Notes under the pieces: model-generated
Told to the model about the DNA's origin: nothing
Databases searched by the model: none
Seen by the model: the letters and a program-made list of their open reading frames with translations, nothing else
Program-made: the position numbers and the translations under genes
Source of the DNA: Anaerolineae bacterium
GTDB taxonomy: Bacteria; Chloroflexota; Anaerolineae; Anaerolineales; UBA11579
Assembly: GCA_004297445.1 (NCBI GenBank)
Contig: SCUK01000052.1
Location: 9,159-73,158 of the forward strand
Direction: 5' to 3'
Length of the DNA: 64,000 nt
In this document: positions 44,299-55,299 of the stretch, piece after piece
Layout: each line of letters opens with the position of its first letter
Numbering within the stretch: the stretch's first letter is position 1

Positions 44299-45348
44299 AT
44301 GACAAAGTCGTTTAGCAAGGTGAGTGGATTTCTACTTGCAGTGTTGCTTGCTGGTTGCGCGGCGCAAACGCCGGAACCCGGCGCGCGGCGTACGCTGACG
44401 GTGTTGACGCATGACTCGTTCGCGGTGTCGGACGAGGTGGTAGCGGCCTTCGAAGCCGAGCACAACGCCGACGTTGTGTTCCTGAAAGGCGGGGACGCCG
44501 GGACAGCGCTCAACAAAGCGCTGCTCACCAGCCAGCCGTATGCCGATGTGTTCTACGGCGTGGACAACGCCTTCTTAAGCCGGGCAATCGAGGAGCACCT
44601 GTTCGAGCCGTATGAGTCGCCGCTGCTGGCGGACATCCCGGACGAGTTCGAACTGGACCCGGAACACGGCGCGCTGCCGGTGGACTACGGCGATGTCTGC
44701 ATCAACGCCGACCTGGCGTGGTTTGAAGAACGCGGCCTGGCGCTGCCCGCGTCGCTGGATGACTTGCTGAAACCGGAATACGCCGGCCTGCTGGTGGTGG
44801 AGAACCCGGCCGCCTCCTCGCCGGGGATGGCCTTCCTGCTCGCCACCATCGGCCATTACGGCGAAGACGGCTACCTGGAATTCTGGAACGCCCTGGTGGA
44901 CAACGAGGTTAAGGTGGTAAACGACTGGGAGACCGCCTACTACACGGATTTCAGCCGCTGGGGCGGGCAGTACCCGCTGGCGGTGTCGTATGCCTCCAGC
45001 CCGCCGTTTGAGGTGTTGTTTGCCGAAGAACCGCTGGATACACCGCCCACCGCGGCGCTGACCGGCGATGGCATGTGCTTCCGGCAGATCGAGTTCGTGG
45101 GCATCGTGCGCGGCGCGCCGGAGCGCGAACTGGCCGAAGCCTGGATTGACTTCATGCTTTCGCCACAGTTCCAGGAAGATATCCCATTGCAGATGTTCGT
45201 GTTCCCGGTGAACACGAACGCGGCGCTGGACCCGGCGTTTGTGGCGTTTCTGCAAGAGCCGGAGAACCCGGCGTTCGTGAGTCCGGCGGACATCGCCGCG
45301 CACCGCGAGGAGTGGATTGAGGCGTGGCGGGCGGTGGTACTGCGGTAG
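44299..45348 (+). CDS. thiB: thiamine ABC transporter substrate-binding lipoprotein
   Basis: ATG 44299 after GAGG (alternatives 44269 and 44287); lipobox LLAVLLAGC; TLTVLTHDSFAVS...VFLKGGDAG...ADVFYGVDN pattern of ThiB/TbpA; riboswitch context. Confidence 0.75.
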   Translation: MTKSFSKVSGFLLAVLLAGCAAQTPEPGARRTLTVLTHDSFAVSDEVVAAFEAEHNADVVFLKGGDAGTALNKALLTSQPYADVFYGVDNAFLSRAIEEHLFEPYESPLLADIPDEFELDPEHGALPVDYGDVCINADLAWFEERGLALPASLDDLLKPEYAGLLVVENPAASSPGMAFLLATIGHYGEDGYLEFWNALVDNEVKVVNDWETAYYTDFSRWGGQYPLAVSYASSPPFEVLFAEEPLDTPPTAALTGDGMCFRQIEFVGIVRGAPERELAEAWIDFMLSPQFQEDIPLQMFVFPVNTNAALDPAFVAFLQEPENPAFVSPADIAAHREEWIEAWRAVVLR

Positions 45349-45375
45349 GTGGCACAGAAAAAGAGACAAAGGCGC

Positions 45376-45395
45376 CTCACGCAAAGAACGCAAAG
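45376..45395 (+). repeat. CTCACGCAAAG-type motif, copy 3
   Basis: ctcacgcaaagaacgcaaag, 27 nt after the thiB stop; followed by ttaaaagcgcttagaat. Confidence 0.7.
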
Positions 45396-45452
45396 TTAAA
45401 AGCGCTTAGAATCCGATTCCAGTCTTCATGCACAAATCAGATGGAAAGGAAC

Positions 45453-45932
45453 ATGAGTATGGCGAAGAGAATCTCCCGACCGCACATGCCCGGCTATGGC
45501 ATCAAGCCGGAGAATGAAGGCGCCGGCCTGCTGCCCTACGCGTGGGTGGAGGAGCGCATGGCGGCGGCGCGCAATTACTGGGTGTGCACCGTGACGCCGG
45601 AAGGCAAGCCGCACGCCGCGCCAGTATGGGGGCTGTGGCACGCGGGCGCGTTCTATTTCGGGACGGGCGACACTTCGCGCAAGGGGCGCAACCTGGCGGC
45701 CAGCCCGGCCATCAAAGTGCACCTGGAAAGCGGCGACGAGGCGGTGATGATCGAAGGCGAAGTACAGAACGTGACCGATGCCACACTTTTGAAGACACTG
45801 GACAAGGCGTATAAGGCCAAATATCAGGTGCCGTTTCACTCGGCGCTGTGCGTGCGGCCGAAGGTGGCCTTCGCCTGGCGCGAAGCGGACTTTCCGGGCA
45901 GCGCGACGCGGTTTGTGCTGGAAGGCGATTAA
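45453..45932 (+). CDS. pyridoxamine 5'-phosphate oxidase-family (FMN-binding split barrel) protein
   Basis: ATG 45453 after GGAAAGGA; NYWVCTVTPEGKPHAAPVWGLWHAGAFYFGT...RKGRNLAASP pattern of the PNPOx-like fold. Confidence 0.65.
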   Translation: MSMAKRISRPHMPGYGIKPENEGAGLLPYAWVEERMAAARNYWVCTVTPEGKPHAAPVWGLWHAGAFYFGTGDTSRKGRNLAASPAIKVHLESGDEAVMIEGEVQNVTDATLLKTLDKAYKAKYQVPFHSALCVRPKVAFAWREADFPGSATRFVLEGD

Positions 45933-46033
45933 CGAGGCGACGTGTCAACGAGGCACGAGGAAACACCCCTTGATTCGTGCGTTACACGGGTTTTCGAATT
46001 TCCTCGTTTACCCATCCCTCGGCAACTCGTTGG
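45931..46033 (+). repeat. intergenic repeat family R (AACGAGG...CTCGTT), copy 1
   Basis: Starts inside the TAA stop (tAACGAGGCGACG); internal hairpin CGTG-cgtta-CACG; ends CAACTCGTTGG 10 nt before the thiP ATG. Confidence 0.75.
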
Positions 46034-46042
46034 CATAATCAA

Positions 46043-47743
46043 ATGAAACCCTCCCCGCGCTACGCCCTCCTCTGGTTGCTGCCACTTGGTTTCCTGGCGC
46101 TGTTCTATTTCTATCCGCTGGGCAGTATTCTGGCGCTGTCCTTCGGGCGCGGGGAGGACGGGCTGGCGGCGCCGTTCCTGGAGGCGCTGGGGTCGGAGAG
46201 CATCCGGCGGGTGCTGGGCTTCACAGTGTGGCAGGCGGCGCTCTCCACGTTGCTGACGCTGGCGTTGGGCCTGCCGGCGGCGTACCTGTTCGCCCGGTTT
46301 GAATTCCGCGGGCGGCACCTGCTGCGGGCGCTCACCGGCGTGCCGTTCGTGCTGCCCACGCTGGTGGTGGCGGCGGCGTTCAGCGCGCTGCTGGGACCGC
46401 GCGGCTGGGTCAATCTGGCGCTGATGAGCTTGCTGGGGCTGGACGCGCCGCCCATCGAGTTCCTCAACTCGTTTGCCGCCATCCTGACCGCGCACGTGTT
46501 TTACAACCTGACCATTGTGCTGCGGTTGGTGGGCGATTTCTGGGCGCGGCTGGACCCGCGGTTGGAAGGCGCGGCGCGGGCGCTGGGCGCGGGCCGCTGG
46601 GCGGCGTTCCGGCACGTGACGTTGCCGCTGTTGGCTCCAGCGATGCTGGCCGCGGCGCTGCTGGTTTTCATCTTTGATTTCACCTCGTTCGGCGTGGTGC
46701 TGGTGCTGGGCGGGCCGCGCTTCGCCACGCTGGAAGTGGAAATTTACACCCAGACCATCAGCCTGTTCAACCTGCCGCTGGCGGGGGCGCTATCCAGCAT
46801 TCAACTGGCGGCCACGCTGGCGCTGACGGTGGCCTACACGCGCCTCAATGCGCGCCTGAGCCGGCCGCTGGCGCTGCGCCCGCCGGAGAACGCCCGCCGC
46901 CCGCTAAACACGCCGCGCCGCCGCCTGCTGGCGGGGCTGACGCTGGGCGCGCTGGCCGTGCTGGCGCTGGCCCCGCTGGGCGCGCTGGCGGCGCGCTCGC
47001 TGGTGCGGCTGGAACCCGACCGCGGCCAGCGCACGGCGCAAACCGGACTGACGCTGGAGTTTTACCGCGCCCTGGCTTCCGGCGAGCGCGTCTCCGGGTT
47101 CTACGACTCGCCGCTGGGCGCGATCCGCACCTCGCTGGGGTACGCGGCGGCCACGGTGGCGCTTTCGCTGGCGCTGGGCGGGCCGGCAGCCTGGGCGCTG
47201 GCGCGGCGGCCGGAGGCGCGCTTGAGCCGCATACTGGACCCACTGCTGATGCTGCCACTGGGGACGTCGGCGGTGACGCTGGGGCTGGGGTTCATCGTGG
47301 CTCTCGATATCCCGCCGCTGGACCTGCGGGCATCGCCCCTGCTCATCCCGCTGGCGCACACGCTGGTGGCGTTTCCGTTCATAGTGCGCAGCCTCACGCC
47401 GGCGCTGCGCAGCATCCAGCCCAAACTGCGGCAGGCGGCGGCGGTGCTGGGCGCCTCGCCGTGGCAGGCGGTTCGCCACATTGATCTGCCGCTGGCGGCG
47501 CGCGCCGGCCTGGTGGCAGCGGCGTTCGCTTTCACTATCTCGCTGGGGGAGTTCGGCGCCACCGCGCTGGTAGCGAGGCCGGAATTCCCCACCCTGCCGG
47601 TGATGATCTACCGATTCCTTTCGCAACCGGGCGGGCTGAACTATGGGCAGGCGATGGCGCTGGCGACGCTGTTGATGGTCGTCACTACCATCGGGATGCT
47701 TGGGATTGAACGATTGCGGATTGGGGAGGCGGGGGAGTTTTAG
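46043..47743 (+). CDS. thiP: thiamine-type ABC transporter permease (duplicated two-module permease)
   Basis: ATG 46043 (MKPSPRYALLWLLPLGF); two tandem permease modules, each with an EAA-like loop (EGAARALGAGRWAAFRHVTLPLL and RQAAAVLGASPWQAVRHIDLPLA). Confidence 0.7.
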   Translation: MKPSPRYALLWLLPLGFLALFYFYPLGSILALSFGRGEDGLAAPFLEALGSESIRRVLGFTVWQAALSTLLTLALGLPAAYLFARFEFRGRHLLRALTGVPFVLPTLVVAAAFSALLGPRGWVNLALMSLLGLDAPPIEFLNSFAAILTAHVFYNLTIVLRLVGDFWARLDPRLEGAARALGAGRWAAFRHVTLPLLAPAMLAAALLVFIFDFTSFGVVLVLGGPRFATLEVEIYTQTISLFNLPLAGALSSIQLAATLALTVAYTRLNARLSRPLALRPPENARRPLNTPRRRLLAGLTLGALAVLALAPLGALAARSLVRLEPDRGQRTAQTGLTLEFYRALASGERVSGFYDSPLGAIRTSLGYAAATVALSLALGGPAAWALARRPEARLSRILDPLLMLPLGTSAVTLGLGFIVALDIPPLDLRASPLLIPLAHTLVAFPFIVRSLTPALRSIQPKLRQAAAVLGASPWQAVRHIDLPLAARAGLVAAAFAFTISLGEFGATALVARPEFPTLPVMIYRFLSQPGGLNYGQAMALATLLMVVTTIGMLGIERLRIGEAGEF

Positions 47744-47838
47744 AACGAGGCAACGAGGCGAAAGAAAACACCCCTTGACACGCGGGTTGCGCGTTTTCAA
47801 TCATTCCTCGGCGACCCATACGGCAGCAACTCGTTGAC
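47744..47838 (+). repeat. intergenic repeat family R, copy 2
   Basis: Starts right after the TAG stop (AACGAGGCAACGAGG); internal hairpin ACGCG-ggttg-CGCGT; ends CAACTCGTTGA. Confidence 0.75.
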
Positions 47839-47856
47839 CTCCTTTATAATCCCCCC

Positions 47857-48151
47857 ATGTCCCTCACACGCGAAGACGTCCAACATATTGCCCACCTGGC
47901 GCGGCTGACGCTGACCGAAGAAGAACTGGAGCGCTACCGGGAGCAGTTGTCCAGCATCCTGGAGCATGTGGCGCGCCTGCAGGAACTGGATACGACGGAT
48001 GTGCCGCCCTATTCCGGCGCGCTGGCGGCCGCCATGCCCCTGCGGCCGGACGAACCGGGCAAAACGCTGCCGACCCAGACACTGCTGCGCGCGGCGCCGG
48101 ACACCGCCGCCGACCAGTTCCGCGTGCCGCCGATTCTGGATGAGGGCCGTG

Positions 48152-48159
<8 letters not shown>
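47857..48159 (+). CDS. gatC: aspartyl/glutamyl-tRNA amidotransferase subunit C
   Basis: 100 aa; MSLTREDVQHIAHLARLTLTEEELERY...; TATAAT 6 nt upstream of the ATG, no SD. Confidence 0.9.
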
Positions 48160-49613
<1,454 letters not shown>

Positions 49614-49615
<2 letters not shown>

Positions 49616-49706
49616 CGAGGCGACGAGGCAAAAGAAAACCCTCCATAAATTCGCGTGATACGCGGATGCGAGTTCCCTCGTTGACCCATACCTCATCAAC
49701 ACGTTT
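49614..49706 (+). repeat. intergenic repeat family R, copy 3
   Basis: Starts inside the TAA stop (tAACGAGGCGACGAGG); internal hairpin CGCG-tgata-CGCG; ends CAACACGTTT. Confidence 0.7.
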
Positions 49707-49732
49707 ACATTCTTTGCATACAGGAGACTCCC

Positions 49733-51433
49733 ATGACCATCCTCAAAGATTTCCCCGCTGACGCTCACGCCGCCATGACCTGGGGCTGGGAGGGATTCCG
49801 GCCGCACTTTGAAGCGCTGGAACAGCACGACCTGAGCGCGAGCACGCTGGAAGACTGGATGCGCGCCTGGGATCGCCTGCAACGTCTGGTGTACGAAGTG
49901 CGCGAACGGCTGTACGTGGCGACCACGCTGAACACCACCGATGAAGCCGCCGAAAAAGCCTTTAACGACTATTACGAAAACATCTTTCCGAACTCCCAGA
50001 CCGAAAACCAGAAGCTGAAGGAAATGCTGCTGCAAAGCGGCTTGCAACCGCCGGGTTTTGAAATCCAGATGCGCAATCTGCGCGCCGAGGCGGCGCTGTT
50101 CCGCGAGGAAAACGTGCCGCTGCTGGCCGATGAACAGAAATTGAGCAACGAGTACGACAAAATTGTTGGGGCGATGAATGTGATGTGGGACGGCAAGGAA
50201 GTGCCGCTGCCGCGCGTGCTGCCGGCGCTGGAAGAACAGGACCGCGCCCGGCGCGAACTGGCCTGGCGCACCTACGTGGGGCGCTACTTGCAGGACGCCG
50301 ACAACATCAAAGGCCTGTGGACGCGCTACATGGACCTGCGGGCGAAAATCGCCGCCAATGCCGGTCTGCCGTCCTTCCGTGAATACCGCTGGCAACAGAT
50401 GCTGCGGCTGGACTACACGCCGGAAGACTGCAAGCGATTCCATGCCGCCATTGAGCAGGTCGTGGTGCCGGCGGCGAAGGAATTACGCGAAAAGCGCCGC
50501 CAGAAACTGGGGCTGGAAACGCTGCGGCCGTGGGACATGGACGTGGACATCAGCGGCCTGCCGCCACTGCACCCCTACCAGACCGAGGACGAACTGAACG
50601 CCAAATCCGCCGCCATCTTCCACAAGGTGGACCCAGAACTGGGCGCGCAGTTCGAAAAGATGCGCCGCGAGAAACTGCTGGACCTGGAAAGCCGAAAGGG
50701 CAAGGCTCCCGGCGGCTACTGCACCGACTTCCCGCTGAAGGGCGAGCCGTTTATCTTCATGAACGCGGTGGGCCAGCACAGCGATGTGCAAACCCTGTTG
50801 CACGAAGCCGGGCACGCCTTCCATGCCTTCGCGGTGTACCCATTGCCGTATTACCCCCAACTGCAAATCGGCATGGAAATCGCCGAGGTGGCTTCGATGG
50901 GCATGGAACTGCTGTCCGCGCCGTACCTGGGCGAGTTCTACGGCGAGGCAGAAGCGGCGCGGGCGCGCATCCAGCACCTCGAAGACAGCCTGATGTTCTG
51001 GCCCTACATGGCGGTGGTGGATGCCTTCCAGCACTGGGTGTATGAAAACGCCAGTGTGGCGCGCGACGCCGACCGGTGCGACGAAATATGGTGCGAACTG
51101 TGGGATCGCTTCACGCCCGGCATTGATTTCAGCGGGCTGGAAAAAGAGAAGGCTTCCCGCTGGCTGCGGCAACTGCACATCCACCAGGTGCCGTTCTACT
51201 ATGTGGACTACGGGCTGGCACAACTGGGCGCGGTGCAGGTGTGGGCCAACGCAATCAAGGACCAGGCGGCGGCCACGCGCAAGTACCGCACCATGCTGGC
51301 GCTGGGGGCGACGCGGCCGCTGCCGGAACTATACGCCGCGGCGGGCGTGAAACTGGCCTTCGATGCCGACACGTTGGGCAAAGCGACGGATTTGATGATG
51401 GGTACGATTGCGAAACTTGAGGCTGTCAATTAA
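49733..51433 (+). CDS. pepF: M3-family oligoendopeptidase F
   Basis: 566 aa; AGGAGA RBS; zinc motif HEAGHAFH. Confidence 0.85.
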   Translation: MTILKDFPADAHAAMTWGWEGFRPHFEALEQHDLSASTLEDWMRAWDRLQRLVYEVRERLYVATTLNTTDEAAEKAFNDYYENIFPNSQTENQKLKEMLLQSGLQPPGFEIQMRNLRAEAALFREENVPLLADEQKLSNEYDKIVGAMNVMWDGKEVPLPRVLPALEEQDRARRELAWRTYVGRYLQDADNIKGLWTRYMDLRAKIAANAGLPSFREYRWQQMLRLDYTPEDCKRFHAAIEQVVVPAAKELREKRRQKLGLETLRPWDMDVDISGLPPLHPYQTEDELNAKSAAIFHKVDPELGAQFEKMRREKLLDLESRKGKAPGGYCTDFPLKGEPFIFMNAVGQHSDVQTLLHEAGHAFHAFAVYPLPYYPQLQIGMEIAEVASMGMELLSAPYLGEFYGEAEAARARIQHLEDSLMFWPYMAVVDAFQHWVYENASVARDADRCDEIWCELWDRFTPGIDFSGLEKEKASRWLRQLHIHQVPFYYVDYGLAQLGAVQVWANAIKDQAAATRKYRTMLALGATRPLPELYAAAGVKLAFDADTLGKATDLMMGTIAKLEAVN

Positions 51434-51493
51434 GTGCGTGCTGGAATGCGGAGGTACTGGCGTGCTGAAATTGATAGTGGAGGCTGAGGCTCT

Positions 51494-52324
51494 ATGAACG
51501 GAGTGTTTCCCGTGCTGGATGGATTGGGGGCAACAAGGGACACCCTGCACCTGTACGCGCAGGCGGTGGACGCGTTTCCGCGCGCCCATGCCGAGCCGCA
51601 CGATAAGTGGTGGCACATCGGGCTGCGGCTGCGGCCCAACGGCTTCACCACTGCCGAGATGCCCTTGCCGGACGGCGGGACCTTCCGGCTGTTTATGAAT
51701 TTCAAGACGCACCGCATCGAGTTGGAAGCGCGCAATGCGGTGGTTGCGAGTTGGGACATGAGCGCACGCTGGACCGGCAAGGCGCTGGGCGAGAGCCTGA
51801 TGGCTGCGGTGGGGGCGCTGGGCGTCCGCGGCGAATACAGCCGCGAGCGCTTCGAGAGCGATGCGCCGCGCGCCTATGACAAATGGGCAGCGGCGGCATG
51901 GTTTGCCGCGGCTTCGCTGGCGAGCGAGGTCTTTGAGGCGCTGCGCGTGGCGGTGGGCGGCGAGACCAGCCCGGTACACCTGTGGCCGCACCACTTTGAC
52001 CTCTCGACGGAGTTTTTCGGGACACGGACGGTGGATGTGCAAGAACACGGGGAGGTGAAATCGTACCCGGCGCAATTGAACCTGGGCTTTTCGACCGGCG
52101 ATGCCGGACACCCCGGGCCGTATTTCTATTCCAACCCGTACCCGTTTGATGAGTCGCTGGTGAGGGAGCCGCTGCCGGAGGGGGCGCGCTGGCATATTGG
52201 GGCGTGGAAAGGAAGTTTGCTGCCCTATTCAGAAGTGGCCGGGCGGCCTGACGGAGTGAAACTCCTGGCGGGGTATGCCGAGGCGGTGTATAAAGCGGCG
52301 AAGGCGGGGCTGGGGTTGGCGTAA
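51494..52324 (+). CDS. hypothetical protein, DUF5996-like
   Basis: 276 aa; TRDTLHLYAQAV...HDKWWHIGLRLRPNGFTT...WPHHFD resembles my recollection of DUF5996; unverified. Confidence 0.45.
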   Translation: MNGVFPVLDGLGATRDTLHLYAQAVDAFPRAHAEPHDKWWHIGLRLRPNGFTTAEMPLPDGGTFRLFMNFKTHRIELEARNAVVASWDMSARWTGKALGESLMAAVGALGVRGEYSRERFESDAPRAYDKWAAAAWFAAASLASEVFEALRVAVGGETSPVHLWPHHFDLSTEFFGTRTVDVQEHGEVKSYPAQLNLGFSTGDAGHPGPYFYSNPYPFDESLVREPLPEGARWHIGAWKGSLLPYSEVAGRPDGVKLLAGYAEAVYKAAKAGLGLA

Positions 52325-52410
52325 TCAGTTTTCGCTACAGGGGCACACAGACACAACGAAAAGAATTTCTTTGAATCTTGCAACGGATTAAGTTGATTCA
52401 AGCCGAAACA

Positions 52411-52438
52411 GTAGGGGGGGTTTGAAACCCGCCCCTAC
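52411..52438. repeat. REP-like hairpin GTAGGGGGGG-tttgaa-ACCCGCCCCTAC
   Basis: Imperfect 10-bp GC stem in a low-G+C spacer; single copy in this window. Confidence 0.5.
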
Positions 52439-52551
52439 ATTGACGTAATTGACCAACATCATAAACAAGGTCAAGACTGATTCAAGGGACTATTTGTTTT
52501 TTCCAAGTCCCAACCTTCTCAAAGTTTGTATTAAGAGAAATGCAAAAGGAG

Positions 52552-52568
52552 CTCACGCAAAGGGAAAG
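52552..52568 (+). repeat. CTCACGCAAAG-type motif, copy 4 (short)
   Basis: ctcacgcaaagggaaag, followed by cttaattagaaagc. Confidence 0.55.
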
Positions 52569-52578
52569 CTTAATTAGA

Positions 52579-52605
52579 AAGCGCCCCGACTGAGTCGGGG
52601 CGCTT
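52579..52605 (-). terminator. intrinsic terminator of the 52624..52854 gene
   Basis: AAGCGCCCCGAC-tga-GTCGGGGCGCTT; on the minus strand followed by TCTAATT. Confidence 0.6.
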
Positions 52606-52623
52606 GTCTTGCACATCAAAACT

Positions 52624-52854
52624 TCAAGAGGCTTTGACCGGATTGGTGGCGATGAAGCCCCACACCACCGCGGCAATGAGCGTCCCCCACAGCACCAGCG
52701 CGCCAGTAAAGAAACCGACGGCCGCACCGGCCAGCAGCAGGATGCCGATATTGCGGGCGGTATCGCCCTGAAGGATGCGCGAGTTGGTTATCTTAATTTC
52801 CTTCTTTACCAGGGCGTAGATGCCGAAAATCACTTCAATCGCAAACAGAATCAT
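52624..52854 (-). CDS. small hypothetical membrane protein (76 aa)
   Basis: MILFAIEVIFGIYALV...NIGILLLAGAAVGFFTGALVLWGTLIAAVVWGFI; three hydrophobic segments. Confidence 0.5.
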   Translation of the reverse strand: MILFAIEVIFGIYALVKKEIKITNSRILQGDTARNIGILLLAGAAVGFFTGALVLWGTLIAAVVWGFIATNPVKAS

Positions 52855-52993
52855 GGTCTCGTCTCCTCGAGGTGGTTGGGTGAACGCATTCTAGCCAAAA
52901 AAGGCCAAATTTGCATACTCTACATAACCCCAATTTATGGGGAAGTTGCGGCCCGCCGCCGTTTATAATCTCCCCATCCCCACCCGGCTGCCT

Positions 52994-54604
52994 ATGGAAA
53001 CCCTGCACACTTCCCTCAACCCCGCTGACGCGAAGTTCAAAGAGAACGAGGCGCATCACCGCGCTCTGGCCGAAGAGCTGCGCACGCGGCTGGCGAAGAA
53101 CCGCGAGGGCGGCGGCGAGAAGTACCGCCTGCGCCACGAGGAACGCGGCAAGCTGTTCGTGCGTGACCGCATTGACAGGCTGCTGGACCCCGGCTCGCCG
53201 TTCCTGGAAGTTGCGCCGCTGGCTGCCTGGGGGCTGTATGACGGCGAAGCCGCCGGGGCGGGCATTGTGGCCGGCATCGGGCGGGTGATGGGCGTGGAAG
53301 TGATGATCGTCGCCAATGACGCCACGGTGAAGGGCGGCTCGTATTACCCGCTCACGGTCAGCAAGCACCTGCGCGCCCAGCACATCGCGCTGGACAACCA
53401 CCTGCCGTGTATTTACCTGGTGGACTCGGGCGGGGCGTTCCTGCCGATGCAGGATGAAGTCTTCCCCGGCGAAACGCACTTCGGGCGCATCTTCTACAAC
53501 CAGGCGCAAATGAGCAGCCGCCGCATCCCGCAAATTGCGGCGGTGATGGGCAGTTGCACCGCGGGCGGCGCGTATGTACCTGCCATGAGCGACGAAGCCA
53601 TCATCGTGAAGGGCACCGGCACGATTTTCCTGGCCGGGCCGCCGCTGGTGAAAGCCGCCACCGGCGAGGACGTGAGCGCCGAAGATTTGGGCGGGGCGGA
53701 TGTGCATACACGCCTCTCCGGCGTGGCCGACCACTTCGCTGAGGACGACGACCACGCCATCGAGATTTTGCGCGGCATCGTGGAGACGCTCAACCACCGG
53801 CCCAAGCTGAACGTGGAAGTGGCCGCGCCGGAAGAACCGTTGTACCCCGCGGAAGAGTTGTACGGCCTGCTGCCAACGACATTCCGCGAGCAGTATGACG
53901 TGCGCGAAGTCATCGCCCGGCTGGTGGACGGCAGCAAGTTCCGCGAGTTCAAGGCGCGCTACGGCGCCACGCTGGTATGCGGCTTTGCGCGCATCGAGGG
54001 TTACCCGGTGGGCATCATTGCCAACAACGGCATCCTGTTCAGCGAGTCGTCGCTCAAAGGCGCGCACTTCATTGAGTTGTGCGAGCAGCGCGGCGTGCCG
54101 CTCATCTTTTTGCAGAACATCACCGGCTTCATGGTCGGACGCGAGTACGAGGCGGGCGGCATCGCCAAGGACGGGGCCAAGCTGGTGCATGCCGTCGCGA
54201 CCTGCACCGTGCCGAAACTGACGGTCATCATCGGCGGGAGTTTTGGAGCGGGCAACTACGGCATGGCAGGGCGCGGCTACCTGCCGCGCTTCCTGTGGAT
54301 GTGGCCGAATGCGCGCATCAGCGTGATGGGCGGCGAGCAGGCCGCCAACGTGATGCTGACCATCAAGCAGGACCAACTGGCGGCAGAAGGCAAACCGCCG
54401 CTCACCCCGGCCGAAGCCGAGGAACTGAAACGCCCGATTCTGGAAAAATACGAAACCGAAGGCAGCCCGTACTACTCATCGGCGCGGCTGTGGGACGACG
54501 GCGTAATTGACCCGGCCGAAACGCGCCGGGTGCTGGCGCTGGCGCTCTCGGTGGTGCTGAAAGCCCCGCGGCAGGGCGAGGGCTTTGGCGTGTTCAGGAT
54601 GTGA
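52994..54604 (+). CDS. methylcrotonyl-CoA carboxylase carboxyltransferase (beta) subunit
   Basis: ATG 52994; 536 aa; [16 protein letters not shown]-type N-terminus, GGAYVPAM and [11 protein letters not shown] motifs of acyl-CoA carboxyltransferases. Confidence 0.8.
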   Translation: METLHTSLNPADAKFKENEAHHRALAEELRTRLAKNREGGGEKYRLRHEERGKLFVRDRIDRLLDPGSPFLEVAPLAAWGLYDGEAAGAGIVAGIGRVMGVEVMIVANDATVKGGSYYPLTVSKHLRAQHIALDNHLPCIYLVDSGGAFLPMQDEVFPGETHFGRIFYNQAQMSSRRIPQIAAVMGSCTAGGAYVPAMSDEAIIVKGTGTIFLAGPPLVKAATGEDVSAEDLGGADVHTRLSGVADHFAEDDDHAIEILRGIVETLNHRPKLNVEVAAPEEPLYPAEELYGLLPTTFREQYDVREVIARLVDGSKFREFKARYGATLVCGFARIEGYPVGIIANNGILFSESSLKGAHFIELCEQRGVPLIFLQNITGFMVGREYEAGGIAKDGAKLVHAVATCTVPKLTVIIGGSFGAGNYGMAGRGYLPRFLWMWPNARISVMGGEQAANVMLTIKQDQLAAEGKPPLTPAEAEELKRPILEKYETEGSPYYSSARLWDDGVIDPAETRRVLALALSVVLKAPRQGEGFGVFRM

Positions 54605-54628
54605 AAGGCGGGTTTAAGGCAACCAGAA

Positions 54629-55180
54629 TCAGGCATCAGGAAGTCGCAGGGCCGATGGCTTGCTATCGAATGGCTTGAACCCTACCACCGGGAATGCCTG
54701 CACAACTTTTCGCAGACCTTCATCATCCAGCCCAATCACCTCCCCCAACAAGTGCGACCACATACGTGGCGCGTAAGGATTCTTTGGGATGAAGGCGCGC
54801 ATATGTGCGATGGCCTCCTCCTCCGGCCAGACGCGTGCCGCGGCCGCGCACTTCCTGCTCCCGGTCTGCACCGTGCAGTGAGGGTCGGCAACCAGATTAC
54901 GGAACCAGTCTGTTTTGCCGCCCCAGCCGGCGCTGACCACCAATTCACCGGTAGGCTCGTCCCGGCCATAGCCCAGCGCGGCGTGGCGCGGTTGGCCGGA
55001 TACCCGGCCGGTGGTCGTCAGCAACAGCACGCTGCCGCCCATCATCCAACCAAAACCGAGGTTGTAGGACCAGATGGGCATACGGAGGATGAACCGCCAT
55101 ATGCCGGTGACGCGCGTCGGGAACCGCCGGGCGAGAAAGTATTCGATGGCCTGATAAGTGCGCTGCATGAGTGCCTGCAT
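54629..55180 (-). CDS. deazaflavin (F420)-dependent nitroreductase/DDN-family protein
   Basis: 183 aa; LLLTTTGRVSGQPRHAALGY...VVSAGWGGKTDWFRNL pattern of the DUF385/DDN family. Confidence 0.65.
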   Translation of the reverse strand: MQALMQRTYQAIEYFLARRFPTRVTGIWRFILRMPIWSYNLGFGWMMGGSVLLLTTTGRVSGQPRHAALGYGRDEPTGELVVSAGWGGKTDWFRNLVADPHCTVQTGSRKCAAAARVWPEEEAIAHMRAFIPKNPYAPRMWSHLLGEVIGLDDEGLRKVVQAFPVVGFKPFDSKPSALRLPDA

Positions 55181-55299
55181 GGCAAACTCCCCGGGCGGGC
55201 AGGCGGGATATTCGTATTATAGTACCGAGCGAAAATTCGCCCCACCATTGCGCGATTTTCATGTGAAAATCTACCCATTATTCTTGAGGACACACGACC

